From contig OZ025728.1 in NCBI GenBank assembly GCA_964019335.1, positions 378,377 through 442,376 of the forward strand: 64,000 nt of DNA, in the 5' to 3' direction. This DNA is from Diplonema japonicum. Taxonomy: Eukaryota > Protista > Euglenozoa: Diplonemea. A model generated the notes under the pieces. It was not told the DNA's origin. It saw only the letters and a program-made list of their open reading frames with translations, and ran no database searches. Position 1 is the first letter of the stretch. The number at the start of each line of letters is the position of its first letter. Shown in pieces: positions 12,042-23,355 of the stretch. The position numbers and the translations under genes are program-made.

Positions 12042-12348
12042 TTAGTGGCGTAGCATCGGTGGGGGACCCGAGAAGGCCGACCTCTGCTTCCCAATGGTTC
12101 CTGGGATGATGTTGTGGTTGCAGAAGCACGGGTGTCCCGGTGCACAGTGGCAGCCACCACCATGGGGAGGCGGGCCAGGAGGCTTGCCATGTGGCTTGGG
12201 TGGGGCAGGGGTACCACCGCCACCGAGGTAGGTCTATTTTAAAAAGAAAATTGAGAAAGATTATGTTATCGTTATTATTTTGCAATACCCCGATCTGCTT
12301 GTCGATCCCCTGCAGGCTCTTCCCTTCGAAGCATACGTTCATCACCAT
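12042..12348 (-). CDS. 83-aa Cys/His/Pro-rich small protein, paralog A; intron 12234-12288
   Basis: MVMNVCFEGKSLQGIDKQIG|TYLGGGGTPAPP...CHCAPGHPCFCNHNIIP...; phase-0 GT-AG intron at the same position as in paralog B. Confidence 0.75.
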
Positions 12349-12518
12349 CGTTGTTAGAGGGAAAGGATTTGTGTAAGGAACTAGCAGGTGCGGTAAGACA
12401 TCAAGGGTGAAATACAGGAAAAAAAAGAGGGGGAAAAATAATAAAAATGCCCCACTAGACCTCGATGTCTGGCACTTTCTTTTTTGTGTGTAAAAGTAAA
12501 ATTGGTGTGGAGGTTCCG

Positions 12519-12561
<43 letters not shown>

Positions 12562-12567
12562 TTATCC

Positions 12568-12865
12568 TCAGTGATGTGCCATTGACCCCAGGTGCTCATT
12601 GCGCATGTGGTGTGTGGGGATCAAGTGGGAGTGGCACAGGCATGGGTGCCCGGGGACACATTTACACGGCTTGGCGGGCGCAGGCTTCGGAGCGATGGGA
12701 GCAGCAGGAGCACCTCCCAAGTATGACTGTTTTATTGATTTTTTTTTTTTTTTTTTTTTTTTTGTTTCCCATTACCCATTATTATTTAGGTTTAAAATAG
12801 TATACCGATATCTGCTTATCGACAGACGCCAGGCTCTTCCCGTTGAAGCAGACGTGCATGACCAT
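12568..12865 (-). CDS. 72-aa Cys/His/Pro-rich small protein, paralog B; intron 12727-12805
   Basis: MVMHVCFNGKSLASVDKQIS|SYLGGAPAAP...CKCVPGHPCLCHSHLIPTHH...; 60-nt exon 1 as in paralog A. Confidence 0.75.
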
Positions 12866-13019
12866 TGTGTAGTGTGTCCTTTGTTGGGCAGTTTTTGGGC
12901 AAAGACCACAAGGAGGAGAAAAAAAAACGAAGAAAAGAGTGTACATATGAACAAAAGAAAAAAAAAACTGTCATCAAACCTCAAACGCACTTGAGCAGCT
13001 AGGGCTGGACCCTATTACT

Positions 13020-13595
13020 TCAGTAGTTGCACACAGGGCTGGTGCTAGACAGAGAGGGCGACGGGAGGAAAGTGGGAGAGAGGGTGGCGTAGGTATACCC
13101 GCTTCTTGCCCGAGGTGAGAAGTAGACAATAGTGTCGATGAAACAGTGTGCTGCTGGCAGGACGAAAGCGACGCTGGCAGCATAGGTGCCAACGAGAAGT
13201 GTGTTAGCGATTGTGAGAAGAGCCGTCAAGGCGAGGCCTGCAAGGGCCATGCAAGAAGACAGCAACAGTGAAACAAGCAAGCAGTGCAAGAGCTGTCTAT
13301 GGGTACCCCTATGCCTGAGGACGTTCAGAGACATAACTACATACAGCAGAGCATTGAGACCCACAATCAGCACCATCCCCATGATCAGCTCTTGGTACTT
13401 TGGAAGGTCCCAAGCCCCATGTATCCCTTCACTGTCCTCGTACCACGGGCGGCTAGCTGCCACCCCGCCACAGCAAAGCACACCTACTTCAATGGCCATT
13501 CCTATCCATACCCACACCTTGCTCTTGCTGGTCTCCTCCCACTCCGCTTTGTACTGTGGTTTCCCTCTCCTAGGGCCGGCTCCATTGGGAGTACT
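13020..13595 (-). CDS. Multi-pass membrane protein (start uncertain)
   Basis: Four hydrophobic segments in one open frame; no clear in-frame ATG, so there may be an upstream exon or a frameshift. Confidence 0.55.
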   Translation of the reverse strand, partial: STPNGAGPRRGKPQYKAEWEETSKSKVWVWIGMAIEVGVLCCGGVAASRPWYEDSEGIHGAWDLPKYQELIMGMVLIVGLNALLYVVMSLNVLRHRGTHRQLLHCLLVSLLLSSCMALAGLALTALLTIANTLLVGTYAASVAFVLPAAHCFIDTIVYFSPRARSGYTYATLSPTFLPSPSLSSTSPVCNY

Positions 13596-14241
13596 GTAGA
13601 CTTTTTTTTTTGTTCCCTCTTTCCAGCAATAACTAAAGGAACAGCGGAGGGATAAAAATATAAATAAAAAAAATAATAAAAAAAAAAAAAAACAAGAAAC
13701 GCGGAAGAAAGAAAGAAGGAAAAAAAAGAGAAAAACAGCACCACGCGGACAGAAACTTTAAAGGGAAAAAAATAAAAAATAAAGAAGGAGGGACACAGGT
13801 GGAGAAAAAAAAAAGAGAAAAAGGAAAGGTTGGGGTGAATAGGTGTGAGTGTTGCGCATCGATAGTAGTAATCAAGAAGAAGAGAAGAGGGAGGCCATAA
13901 AGAGCGAACAAAGCAGTGGCAATGCACAAGGAAGCTAAAAGACACGTTACTTAAACCCAATTTTTATTGGGAACATGTTACTACGGGCCCCTCTCATGCA
14001 GTAGCACACTTTTTGCAATTCCCATTCCTTTACCCCCTTCGCCCTCCTACATAAGGAGAGAAATAATTGAAATAAGAACATAAACCGCGAGCACTCTGGT
14101 TACGCACACCCAGGTGGTGCACCTTATTCAAAAAAATAAAAATGGGGGGGGGGAACAAAGGAAAAGGGGTCTTCATGTAAGGTGCGAAGAAAGGGAATGG
14201 GCTTTCTTGGCATAGCTCTTATTGGTTTTTACTACTGTTGC

Positions 14242-14391
14242 TCACCCCTGGCGGCGGGAGTACCTGTTGGGAGATTTATAAAAAAAGAATTTGTAAAAAA
14301 GGTTGCAGCCATACCACCCGAGGGAAGCGAAGAAGATCACACACATCAGAATCAAACCGATGATCAAAGCAACAACGTCAGCACCACCCAT
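14242..14391 (-). CDS. 32-aa transmembrane microprotein, SMIM30-like, copy A; intron 14264-14314
   Basis: Spliced product MGGADVVALIIGLILMCVIFFASLGWYSRRQG*, identical to copy B. Confidence 0.8.
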   Translation of the reverse strand: MGGADVVALIIGLILMCVIFFASLGWYGCNLFYKFFFYKSPNRYSRRQG

Positions 14392-14774
14392 TTTTTTGAG
14401 GTTTTTTGTGTGTTTTTTTCTTTGGTATCCTTTTTTTTTTTTTTTTTTTTTTTCCTCTTAAATTTCTTCAAAAGCCTATCGTTCTTTCCCTGTCTTGCCG
14501 TCCGAGTGTGAAAAATCGTTCAAAAAAATATAAAAAAATAAGAAAGAAGAGCGAAGCATGAAAAAAAAAAAAGAAAAAAACGAACAAATGCCACTCGGAA
14601 AAAAAAAGAAGAGAGAAAAAGCGGGGGGGGGGGGGGGGGTGAACAAAAAGCTCAAATAAATAAATAAAAAAGGGAACAGAGAGTAAGGATAAATAAGAAC
14701 AAAAAAAAAAGAATAAGGAAAGAAGAAGCTACTCATATTTTCCCCCTGTGGCACTTCATCACGATACTCATTGC

Positions 14775-14931
14775 TTACCCCTGACGGCGGGAGTACCTGT
14801 TGGTGTTGGTTATTTAGTGTCAGTTCGTCATTGTGAGAGGGAAAGCAGCCATACCACCCGAGGGAAGCGAAGAAGATCACACACATCAGAATCAAACCGA
14901 TGATCAAGGCAACAACGTCAGCACCACCCAT
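14775..14931 (-). CDS. 32-aa transmembrane microprotein, SMIM30-like, copy B; intron 14797-14854
   Basis: Same peptide as copy A; only synonymous differences (GCC/GCT, CGT/CGC, TAA/TGA) while introns and flanks diverge. Confidence 0.8.
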
Positions 14932-17039
14932 TTTAAAAGTTTTTTCTTCTTTTTTTTCTTTTACTGTTGAATTATTTTGAAGAAAACAATAAAGGCACAC
15001 CCACACAAAGAAGAAGAAGAAGAAAATACAAAAGAGGTGCAGCGCAAACACGTCACCACGAGGCAACCGGCAGGAGGAGCGCAAAGGCTTTCAGGTGAAC
15101 TTTCACAACACAGATGGGAGAGCTGAACAAGACAAAAAACAATAATACATAGCCTACACGTTATACCGATACCTATCGGGTATTTTAATCGGTTCGGGTA
15201 TTTAAATAGTGCAAAATTGTCGAAATGGGGTCCAGAAACACGAAATACGACCCTCGGGGCACCATGGGCGTGGGTTACTTGGCAGCCAAAGCCCACCCCA
15301 ATTTTAGCGAATTTTTGGGCGTGTTTATTTTATGTCATTTTACGTTATTTTTAATCAGTGAAAATTTTGGAGAATGAGAAGACGCTGTTTCAAGAACGCA
15401 ACAGGGAGGGATAAGAGACTAAGGGTGAGCTAGAGAAGCTTGTGGGTGTTTGGAAGGTATGGCCACCCCCAGAAAGTACTCGAGAGAGATTCCCGAATCA
15501 ATGGGACTCCAGACGATGCATGAGACGCATGAGGGAACAGCGCTTTGTTCGCTGCATCGTAAGTAGAGGGTAAAACACGAGCAGTCCGTGGTGGCAGGAA
15601 CGTCTGGAGACAAGGACTCTCTTTAGTGCTGGTGCGGATATTTCAGAGAAAGCTAGCGAATGCACTAGGGTTATTTTCCAGAAAAGTTGATTTCCCCCTT
15701 TTTTAGGGGACCGATGTTTCCGACCTCCCAGTGGTGGTTCCTGGATCGTTCTTAAGCCGTACACGTGGGGAGACATTGACGGGGGGTGGAGAGTCCACTC
15801 TACACGTGGCGCCGGTTAGCATCGCCCTCAACGGAGAGTCCCTTATCCCATTACAACGAACAAGGAGGTGGCTTCACCAGGTCAGGCAGGTGGCCTCTCC
15901 GCGGCCTTGTGCCAATGAAGCAAGCCTCCCACAACTCTCCAGTTGGTGTTTAATTGCTTCTAAATGAAAATCAGATAGATAGAGCTATAGCCTGATTGCA
16001 CGCGTGGTCCCCTTTTTGACTCGTTCTTTCATTACTCGTCAAAAAAAGGGACCCCACAAGTGAAATCAAAGAGCTGCTCAGAATTAAATAAAATCGTTGC
16101 GTTATAACGTGCAGGCTGTGATAATAAGAAAACTAGTTTGGCGCTTCATTTGTTTGTGCACACGAGCGGAAAATAAGAATATATAAAAAAAGGGGGGGGT
16201 CTAAGAGTCTAAGGGTTTAAGGTGCAAAACAGTAATTGAAATTCTGAGAAGACGAAAGATTGCGAGTACCAGGAGGGTCCCACCACCCCTGTGTAAGGGA
16301 GGATCTTGGTGACACAGGTGTGGGTGTGGGTGTGGGTGAAAGTGTGGATGCCGTGTCACGACAGGGCCACGCGGGATTACGAGCGAGTGCTGCTTGCAAC
16401 GGGTCAGTATGAGGCACACAGGGAGAAGGCGAAGGGGAAGAGGATTGCAAAGGCGAGTCAAGTGGATTCTCGCTCCCCATCGGGCCCGTCAGCAGTTCTC
16501 TCTCTTCTATTCGCCACCCGCTCCCCCCTTCCAGCCTAACCCTAGCTGCCGCGGCATCGTGGCTTCCATAAACCATAGCCACCCCCTCCGTTCCTGCCAT
16601 GCACAGGCAGTAGACATACATATATGTACCTGTAGTGAATTCTGGATACATTGAACTGTAGGAGAGGTAGGATGTTCCAGGAATCTAACAAGGTATGATG
16701 CAATATGGGAAAAGGGTGTGTGTGTGAGTGTGTTATTTGTGCTTGCCTACAACGACTTCCACCTCAAGTGCATGGACACCAGCAACTACCCCAAGGGTCA
16801 CATGCTGTGCTCCACCGAAGGAGGATGGTGAGGCGTACACTGAAGCATACAGACCCGAAGTGTAGATGCGGTCGGTGTAGCAGTCGGAGATGCGGTCGGC
16901 AGTCGGGGATGCAGTCGGTGTAAGTGTAGGTTTAGGTGTGTCATGGCTATAACCATGAGACCTGCAAAGACTTAGCACACAAGTATGGTGTGGAAAGTTA
17001 AAAAAGGTGTGTATGGGGAGGGAATTGAGTTTTGTTTGT

Positions 17040-18510
17040 TGTTAAGCATCAGCAGCCTTGGGTAACCACCCATGAGCCACCAGTGCTGCCATTGTCTCCT
17101 CCTCCGTCTCTCCCTGAAGCAAGTAATGCACGTATGCCATGTGGCGCAGACGGTAGGTGCATCTGTGCTTTCTAATGATGTCCAGCGACCTCTCCTCAAT
17201 ATTGCGAATAGTTCCTTTCTCCTCCACACTTAGACAGCTCAACCCTCGAGGCCCAGCTGCGGCTATCTTTTCGCACAAGAGGCAAGATTCTTCGGCAAGT
17301 GCTACATTTTTCCACTCCTCAAAAGTGTCTCCATAGTTCTCGACTATTCCTGTGGTGTCATTAGATTATTCTTTTTCTCCATCATACCTTTGCAAACCCC
17401 TTCTGGAACTCTGCAGGGTCTTTAACTCCGTCCACTGTGAGTAGCAGTTGTTGGTGTTTGTTATCACGTACATACAAGGTTTCAGGAAGTCCTGCTTCAG
17501 CCCACGCATGTTCCCTCCGAAGTGCAAGTAGTACTCCCTCAGGTGTTCCTTGTACTTCGCATTGCCCCAAGCCTCTCCTTGAACGGTTTGGCTTCGGGGT
17601 CGCAGTCGAAGGTTTTCACAAGGTCGTCGTAGTTCATGCGGTCAAGGTACCAGCTGTTGCACGTTTGATGAATCGTGGGGATCAGTGCGGCAAGCTGCAT
17701 GCGTATGGTTAAAAAGAGGTGGTGCATACTGTAGGGTTGGAGGTCTCAATCACAACGGGGATGTTCCTTCCTGGGTGATCGTAGGCCGTCCTCCTACCCA
17801 TCGATGCGGCCATCTTTGCAATGTTCCGATGTTGCTCAATGCTCAAGTCCTTGGTCTCTATCTTCCAGTAGATCAAGAAGGGGCGCTTGTACTTCTCCGC
17901 CGACACCTCAAGTGCCTTTTTGAAAATGGCAGTTGATCACCACTCAAGGGGTGGGTAGTCCCATACTTCTCGGCTAGCGCCTCTTCAAAGAGTTTCCTCA
18001 AGCCTTTGGTATCCTCATCAAGAGAAGCTCTCAACACACACCACATTATCTTTTCCCCAAAAGCAAGCATTATTGCAGAGGTCTTCCCCGCTCCCTTCGG
18101 ACCGCCGAGCATGACAAACGAGTTTTGGTTCTTCGGATTGAAGTTAGCCCAGTACTCTTCCAACTGGGTCGCCATTGCTTTCACCTCTGTGTGCACAAAT
18201 ATTCCAGCGAACTGAGGCTTCTCAAGGGAAGCCTCAAGTAACTTCACAACGCTGGCTCTTTCGTTCCGTGGATTCTGGTACTGAGTTTTGATCAAATCAA
18301 GGCAAGGTGGGCCTCCGAGAAAGGCCAACGCGGCTATCCACCATTTGTCACTTATCCACTTCTGCCAATCCCTCCCTCTTGATCCCAAACCATCTGAGCC
18401 ACCTGCGCCACCTTTATTATTATCCCCTCCTGAACCTGCGTTTATGGCAGCTTCCATTGCTCTCGTATGCATGGGAGGACATGGTCTTTTTGGACACGAG
18501 GAGCAGCATG
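17040..18510 (-). pseudogene. Frameshifted P-loop NTPase with N-terminal hydrophobic segment
   Basis: Walker A GGPKGAGKT in ORF 17873-18472; successive ORF fragments (17709-17906, 17539-17727, 17382-17570) read as one protein broken by frameshifts. Confidence 0.55.
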
Positions 18511-18559
18511 GCCGAGTCTAAGAACATTGGCCTTCTAAGAAGCATGTTTTTTTTTTTAA

Positions 18560-20320
18560 CCCACCCTGTAGTGTTGACAGGGGTAGGTCGTTCCATTCCC
18601 TTCTGCCAAACTGGAAAATCGGAATTTAGCAGAACAGTGGAACCGGAACGAGGCAAAACAGGGAATTCCTTAAACTTTTTTTTCTTCTTTTTTTTTCTCT
18701 TCTTTTTTTCTTCTTTCTTTTTTTTTTTTTTTTTTTTCTCGCACCCAAAAGGGGTCTACTAGGTGTTTTTTGTAAGTTGAAAGGAAAATAATATAAAAGA
18801 GGTAAAGGAGACCAGTGACAGCGTTCGTGTCCTTAATGCATGCGGTGTGCAGCTCAACCCCAGATGGGTGTGGTATCTGTGCATCCGATACGTTCTACTG
18901 CCTCAACACTGAGATGACAATCAATCTCCCTTGTCAGTTGTCCTCCGCCTCATTGAACCTTTCAAAGGTTGGGTTGTTTCTTCACTGTTGACAACTGGTA
19001 CACGTCACCAGATCCTTTTACCCTTTACTTTCTAGTGTAAATTATTATTATTTACTGTTTTCCACTTTGTTTACTTCTTTTTACCCCCTTACGAAACAGG
19101 GTGTCGGGTCAAAAATCGTACGAAAGAGCACCTCTTCACAACTCGTCACCCTTTCCCCATGGGGGTGGAGTCTGCTGGTGCAACTGGATGTTGGGACAGA
19201 AGGGCAAGGCATTAAGAAGAAAAAGAAGGATGAGCAAAGCGTCCGTTAAAGAAAAGCAAGCCAGGATAGACTTGTGTACCGCTCACGGGACTCTCCCCAA
19301 CACTGTCATTATTTTTGATAGTTTTGCAACTTTTTTTTTTTTTTTTCTTTTTTTCCCTTTGGGAAAAAAAAAAAAAAAAAAATGGGGGGAAAAAAAAGAG
19401 AAAAAAATCCTTGATTTTTTTTGACATACATGATGTGTTTACCTTTTTTTTTTTTTTTTTTTCCTTCTTTTTTTCTTGTCTTCTCACATTTTTTCACACA
19501 CCTAAGCCAAGCTGTTGTTTCTGCTTTCCGCATCAAATGTTGTATTTGGATGTAATAGAAAAGGGGGGAAATAATAAATAATATGTATAAGAGGAGGGTG
19601 TGTATGTTTATACAACCTGTGTAAACAGATCGGTTCCTTGCTTTCAGCGCCGTGCCCCTAATGCGTGCGATGTACAGCTCAACCCCTGCATCGCACTGCC
19701 TGTTTGTTGCACATATTTTCTTGTTATCCCCCCCCCCCCCCCCACCTGAAAATAATATGTAGGAGATAAATATATGAGTTAAAGGAGGCTGGTGTTGGCA
19801 GCACCCTGCACATCAACTGTCTACTTGATTACAGGGGGGCGCACCGCAGCCGAGTTGTAGCTTCTTCTGCGTTCTGCATCGTTTCCTTAATCACCGCGGC
19901 CGGGATGTAGCTTCTTCTGCGTTCCACATCGTGCCCTTAATCACTGCAGCCAGGTTGTAACTTCTTGCATTCCGTGTCATTTCCTTAACCACCACGGCCG
20001 GGTTGTAGCTTCTTCTGCGTTCTGTGTCGTGTCCTTAATGTGTGTGGAGTACAGCTCAACACTGCCTGCTTTTCCCTGTGCAGTATAGTGGTACATGTTA
20101 TAAAACACGTGCCATGTTGTGCACCCTGTGTTGCATACATTGTGTGCAATGTCAGGTATGCCATACATGGTGTAAAACCCCAGCCAGGGCACCCCAGGTA
20201 ACCAAGATTCTGCGCTCGTGTTGTTTGCTCAGTGATGACAGATGAGGAGGACAGTGAACAACACATCTGATGTTTTTCTTATATTTTCATGTTATCCCCA
20301 CCACCTGAAAAAGAAGATAA

Positions 20321-20375
<55 letters not shown>

Positions 20376-20411
20376 AACAGTCAGCACCCCCATGCACACT
20401 GAAATTTTATT

Positions 20412-20442
<31 letters not shown>

Positions 20443-20659
20443 CTTTTTTTTTTTTTTTGTACATTGTTCACCAGGAGGTGCACATTGTGACACCTGCTTT
20501 CCCTGTGCAGCATAGTGGTACATGTTATAAAACACGTGCTGTGTTGTGCACCCTGTGTTGCATACATCATGTGTGTCGAAAATTTGCAGTGTTGGGGTGG
20601 TTTGTGGGCCAGACCCCTCAGACCACCAGTCTGGCCAACATTGCCCATCCAACCCTTTT

Positions 20660-20696
<37 letters not shown>

Positions 20697-20785
20697 ATTG
20701 TACTTTTCTTGCAAAGGCCTCTTTTTAATATTTTTTTCAAAGCAGGTCTCCAAACCCCCTGACATTTTTTTTAATTTTTTTTTTT

Positions 20786-20826
<41 letters not shown>

Positions 20827-21738
20827 TAGTCACAACAAGGTAGTATGAGCCTTGCCTCACATCGGTGACATCCCACCCAAACCTAGGACCTCTTTTTTTG
20901 AACCTTTGAAACCAAAAGTGCCAAAAAAATGCAAGCCCCAGCCTAAATTTGGGCCTTTGTGACACAAAAAATACAAAGAAATTTTTTGGTCCCAAGAGTC
21001 CCCTGAGTCGTGAGAGTGACATGGGGGTAGGGAACAAGCCCTCCAAGCTGATCCCAAAGCATGGAATAACCCTACACTGCAGATCCAAGCTTGAGTACCA
21101 CCCAACATCAACACTTAGGCACTGCCAAGGCAGACCAGGTGTTGCTCACTCCTTTAATTGGAATTCCTCACAAGTGTAAAAAACATCTCCCTCCCACCTA
21201 CCTACCTCTATCATTTGCATTTATCAGTGTTTTATGAGGAAAAGGGGAAAGAAAAAAAAGGAAAGGAGAAGAGGTAAAAAACCCACTTCTATTTTTTGGC
21301 AAATACTTGTAGATAAAGGACCCACAATTTTGTGGTATGAGTACTCACCCCCCCACCCCAAAAGGTGAGAAAGCACCTGTTAAAAACTAGCAAGCTGTGA
21401 TTTGCTTGTGTTCTTCTTTTTTTTGACTCTTTAATTAATTCTGTTTTCCCTTTCCCCCACCCACCCCCACACCCCCCTGGCTGGGAGGAGGGAAAAAGAA
21501 AGAAGAGAGAATGGTCTGGCCAGCCTAAAAAAAAAGAGGTTTATTTAAAAAAAAAAAAAAATGCAGAAGAAGCTACAACCATGGTGGTTAAGGAAATGAC
21601 ATGGAATGCAAGAAGTTACAACCTGACTGCAGTGATTAAGGGCATGATGTGGAATGCAGAAGAAGCTACATCCTGGCCATGGTGATTAAGGAAACGATGC
21701 AGAATGCAGAAGAAGCTACAACTTGGCTGCAGTGTGCC

Positions 21739-21769
<31 letters not shown>

Positions 21770-21960
21770 CAAATAAACCTCTTTTTTTTGGCTGGCCAAG
21801 CCCTCTCCTTTCTTTTTCTCCCTCCCTGGCCTCGGGTAGGGGTGGGGTGGGTGGGGCCCGGGTGGGTGAAAGTGAAGAGGAGCGAAAAAGGGGGTACACA
21901 AGTCTATCCTGGCTTGCTTTTCTTTAACGGACGCTTTGCTCACTTTTGGGTAGGGGGGTG
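18560..21960. repeat. Mosaic repeat block of shuffled modules, including a ~50-bp tandem unit at 19854-20040
   Basis: Recurring modules GTTGTAGCTTCTTCTGC, GTCCTTAATG, GGTAACCAAGATTCTG, TTGATTACAGGGG, AACACATCTGATG also found at 32-37 kb and 48.9-49.2 kb. Confidence 0.85.
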
Positions 21961-22567
21961 AGCAACTCATACTGCACATTTGCAGGGTCTTTATCTACAA
22001 GTTTTGCCTTGGGTTATGTTTTTCTTTTTTTTTTTTTTTTTCTTTCTTTTTTCTTCTTTTTTTTTCCTTTTTTTTTTTTCCTTCTGGGGGTGGGGTTGTT
22101 GGTAAAACGTGGGTAATATTTGGGTATTGTTAAATAAGGTTGCTGCTCACTGTTTCTTTTCTCTTTCTTTTCTTTTTTCTTTGTTCCTTTCTTTTTATTT
22201 TTTCTCTTCGTAGTGCTCTTCTTATTTCACACTTGTTCTCTTTTTTTCCTCTTCTTCTTTTTCTGGGGGTAAACGAGTTGGGTTGTTTGGGTAAACGGGA
22301 TTAGATAAGGCTGCTGCTCACAAACTTTTTTTTTTCTTCCTCTTTCTTCTCTTCATGGCGCTCTTCTTATCCGTATTTATATTCCTACACTTGTTCTCTA
22401 TTTTTCTTTTCCCTTTTCTTTTTCTTTTCTCATTTGTCCTGTTCATCCCATTAATTATTTCAATTCTCACACTATTTCCTTTCTTTTTGTTCTCTGTTCC
22501 CGTTTTTTTTTCTCTTTTTTTTTCTTTACTATTCTATTTACTTCTATTTTTTTTTTTTTTTTTTTTT

Positions 22568-22716
22568 AAAAAGGGGGACTTGAGAAAATAAATAAAAAGG
22601 GGGACTTGAGAAAATAAATAAAAAGGGGGACTTGAGAAAATAAATAAAAAGGGGGACTTGAGAAAATAAATAAAAAGGGGGACTTGAGAAAATAAATAAA
22701 AAGGGGGACTTGAGAA
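22568..22716. repeat. 26-bp tandem repeat (GGGGGACTTGAGAAAATAAATAAAAA) x~6 at the CRE 3' end
   Basis: Directly visible; about 4 copies in the second element at 63641-63733. Confidence 0.9.
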
Positions 22717-23355
22717 TGTTTTTTTTTTTTTTTTTTTTTTTTTTTTTCCTTCAAAAGACACACAAGGCACGATAAACCTTAAGAGAAAATAAAAATATTC
22801 CAAAACAGACAATCAAGTTCCAACCTGGGAGGAAGGCATGGGTTTCTCTTTTTCTTTATGGGAGGGAGAGGGGAAGAAGAAGAAGCAACTCCAAATGATA
22901 AAAATTCAAAAATAAAAATCTCAAAAAAGGCTTAAAAGAAGAAGAGGCAAATTCAAAAACATACTAGGGAGGAATGAGTGGGGCAGGGGGTAAAATTTAG
23001 GAGGGGGAAAGAGGGAGAATCAAAAAAGGGGAAAGGGGCAGAGTGACCAATGTCCATGCGAAAAAGCATAGAGCGGGGGAAGAAGAAAATCAAAAACAGG
23101 AAAAACACATCACCACAAAAGAAAAAGAAAAAAGAAAAAAAAAAAAACGTCGACCGAGATGGTTCCACTTCAAAAAGAAAAAGAAAAACAGAAAAATAAA
23201 AAAAAAAAAAAAAAAAGAAAAACAAAAAGAAAAAAAAAAAGGAAAAAAAAAAAAATCTAAGTGGTTCTATCTAGCCTGGCCGTTGTAGCACCTGTTCCCT
23301 ATTCTTTTATTTTTCCCTTTTTTTTTTTCTCAGAAAAAAAAAAATTCACATCTTC

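Noticed and set aside
19854-20040. Regularly spaced repeats resembling a CRISPR array
   Set aside because: The intervening sequences are themselves repeated, there are no cas genes, and the context is eukaryotic.
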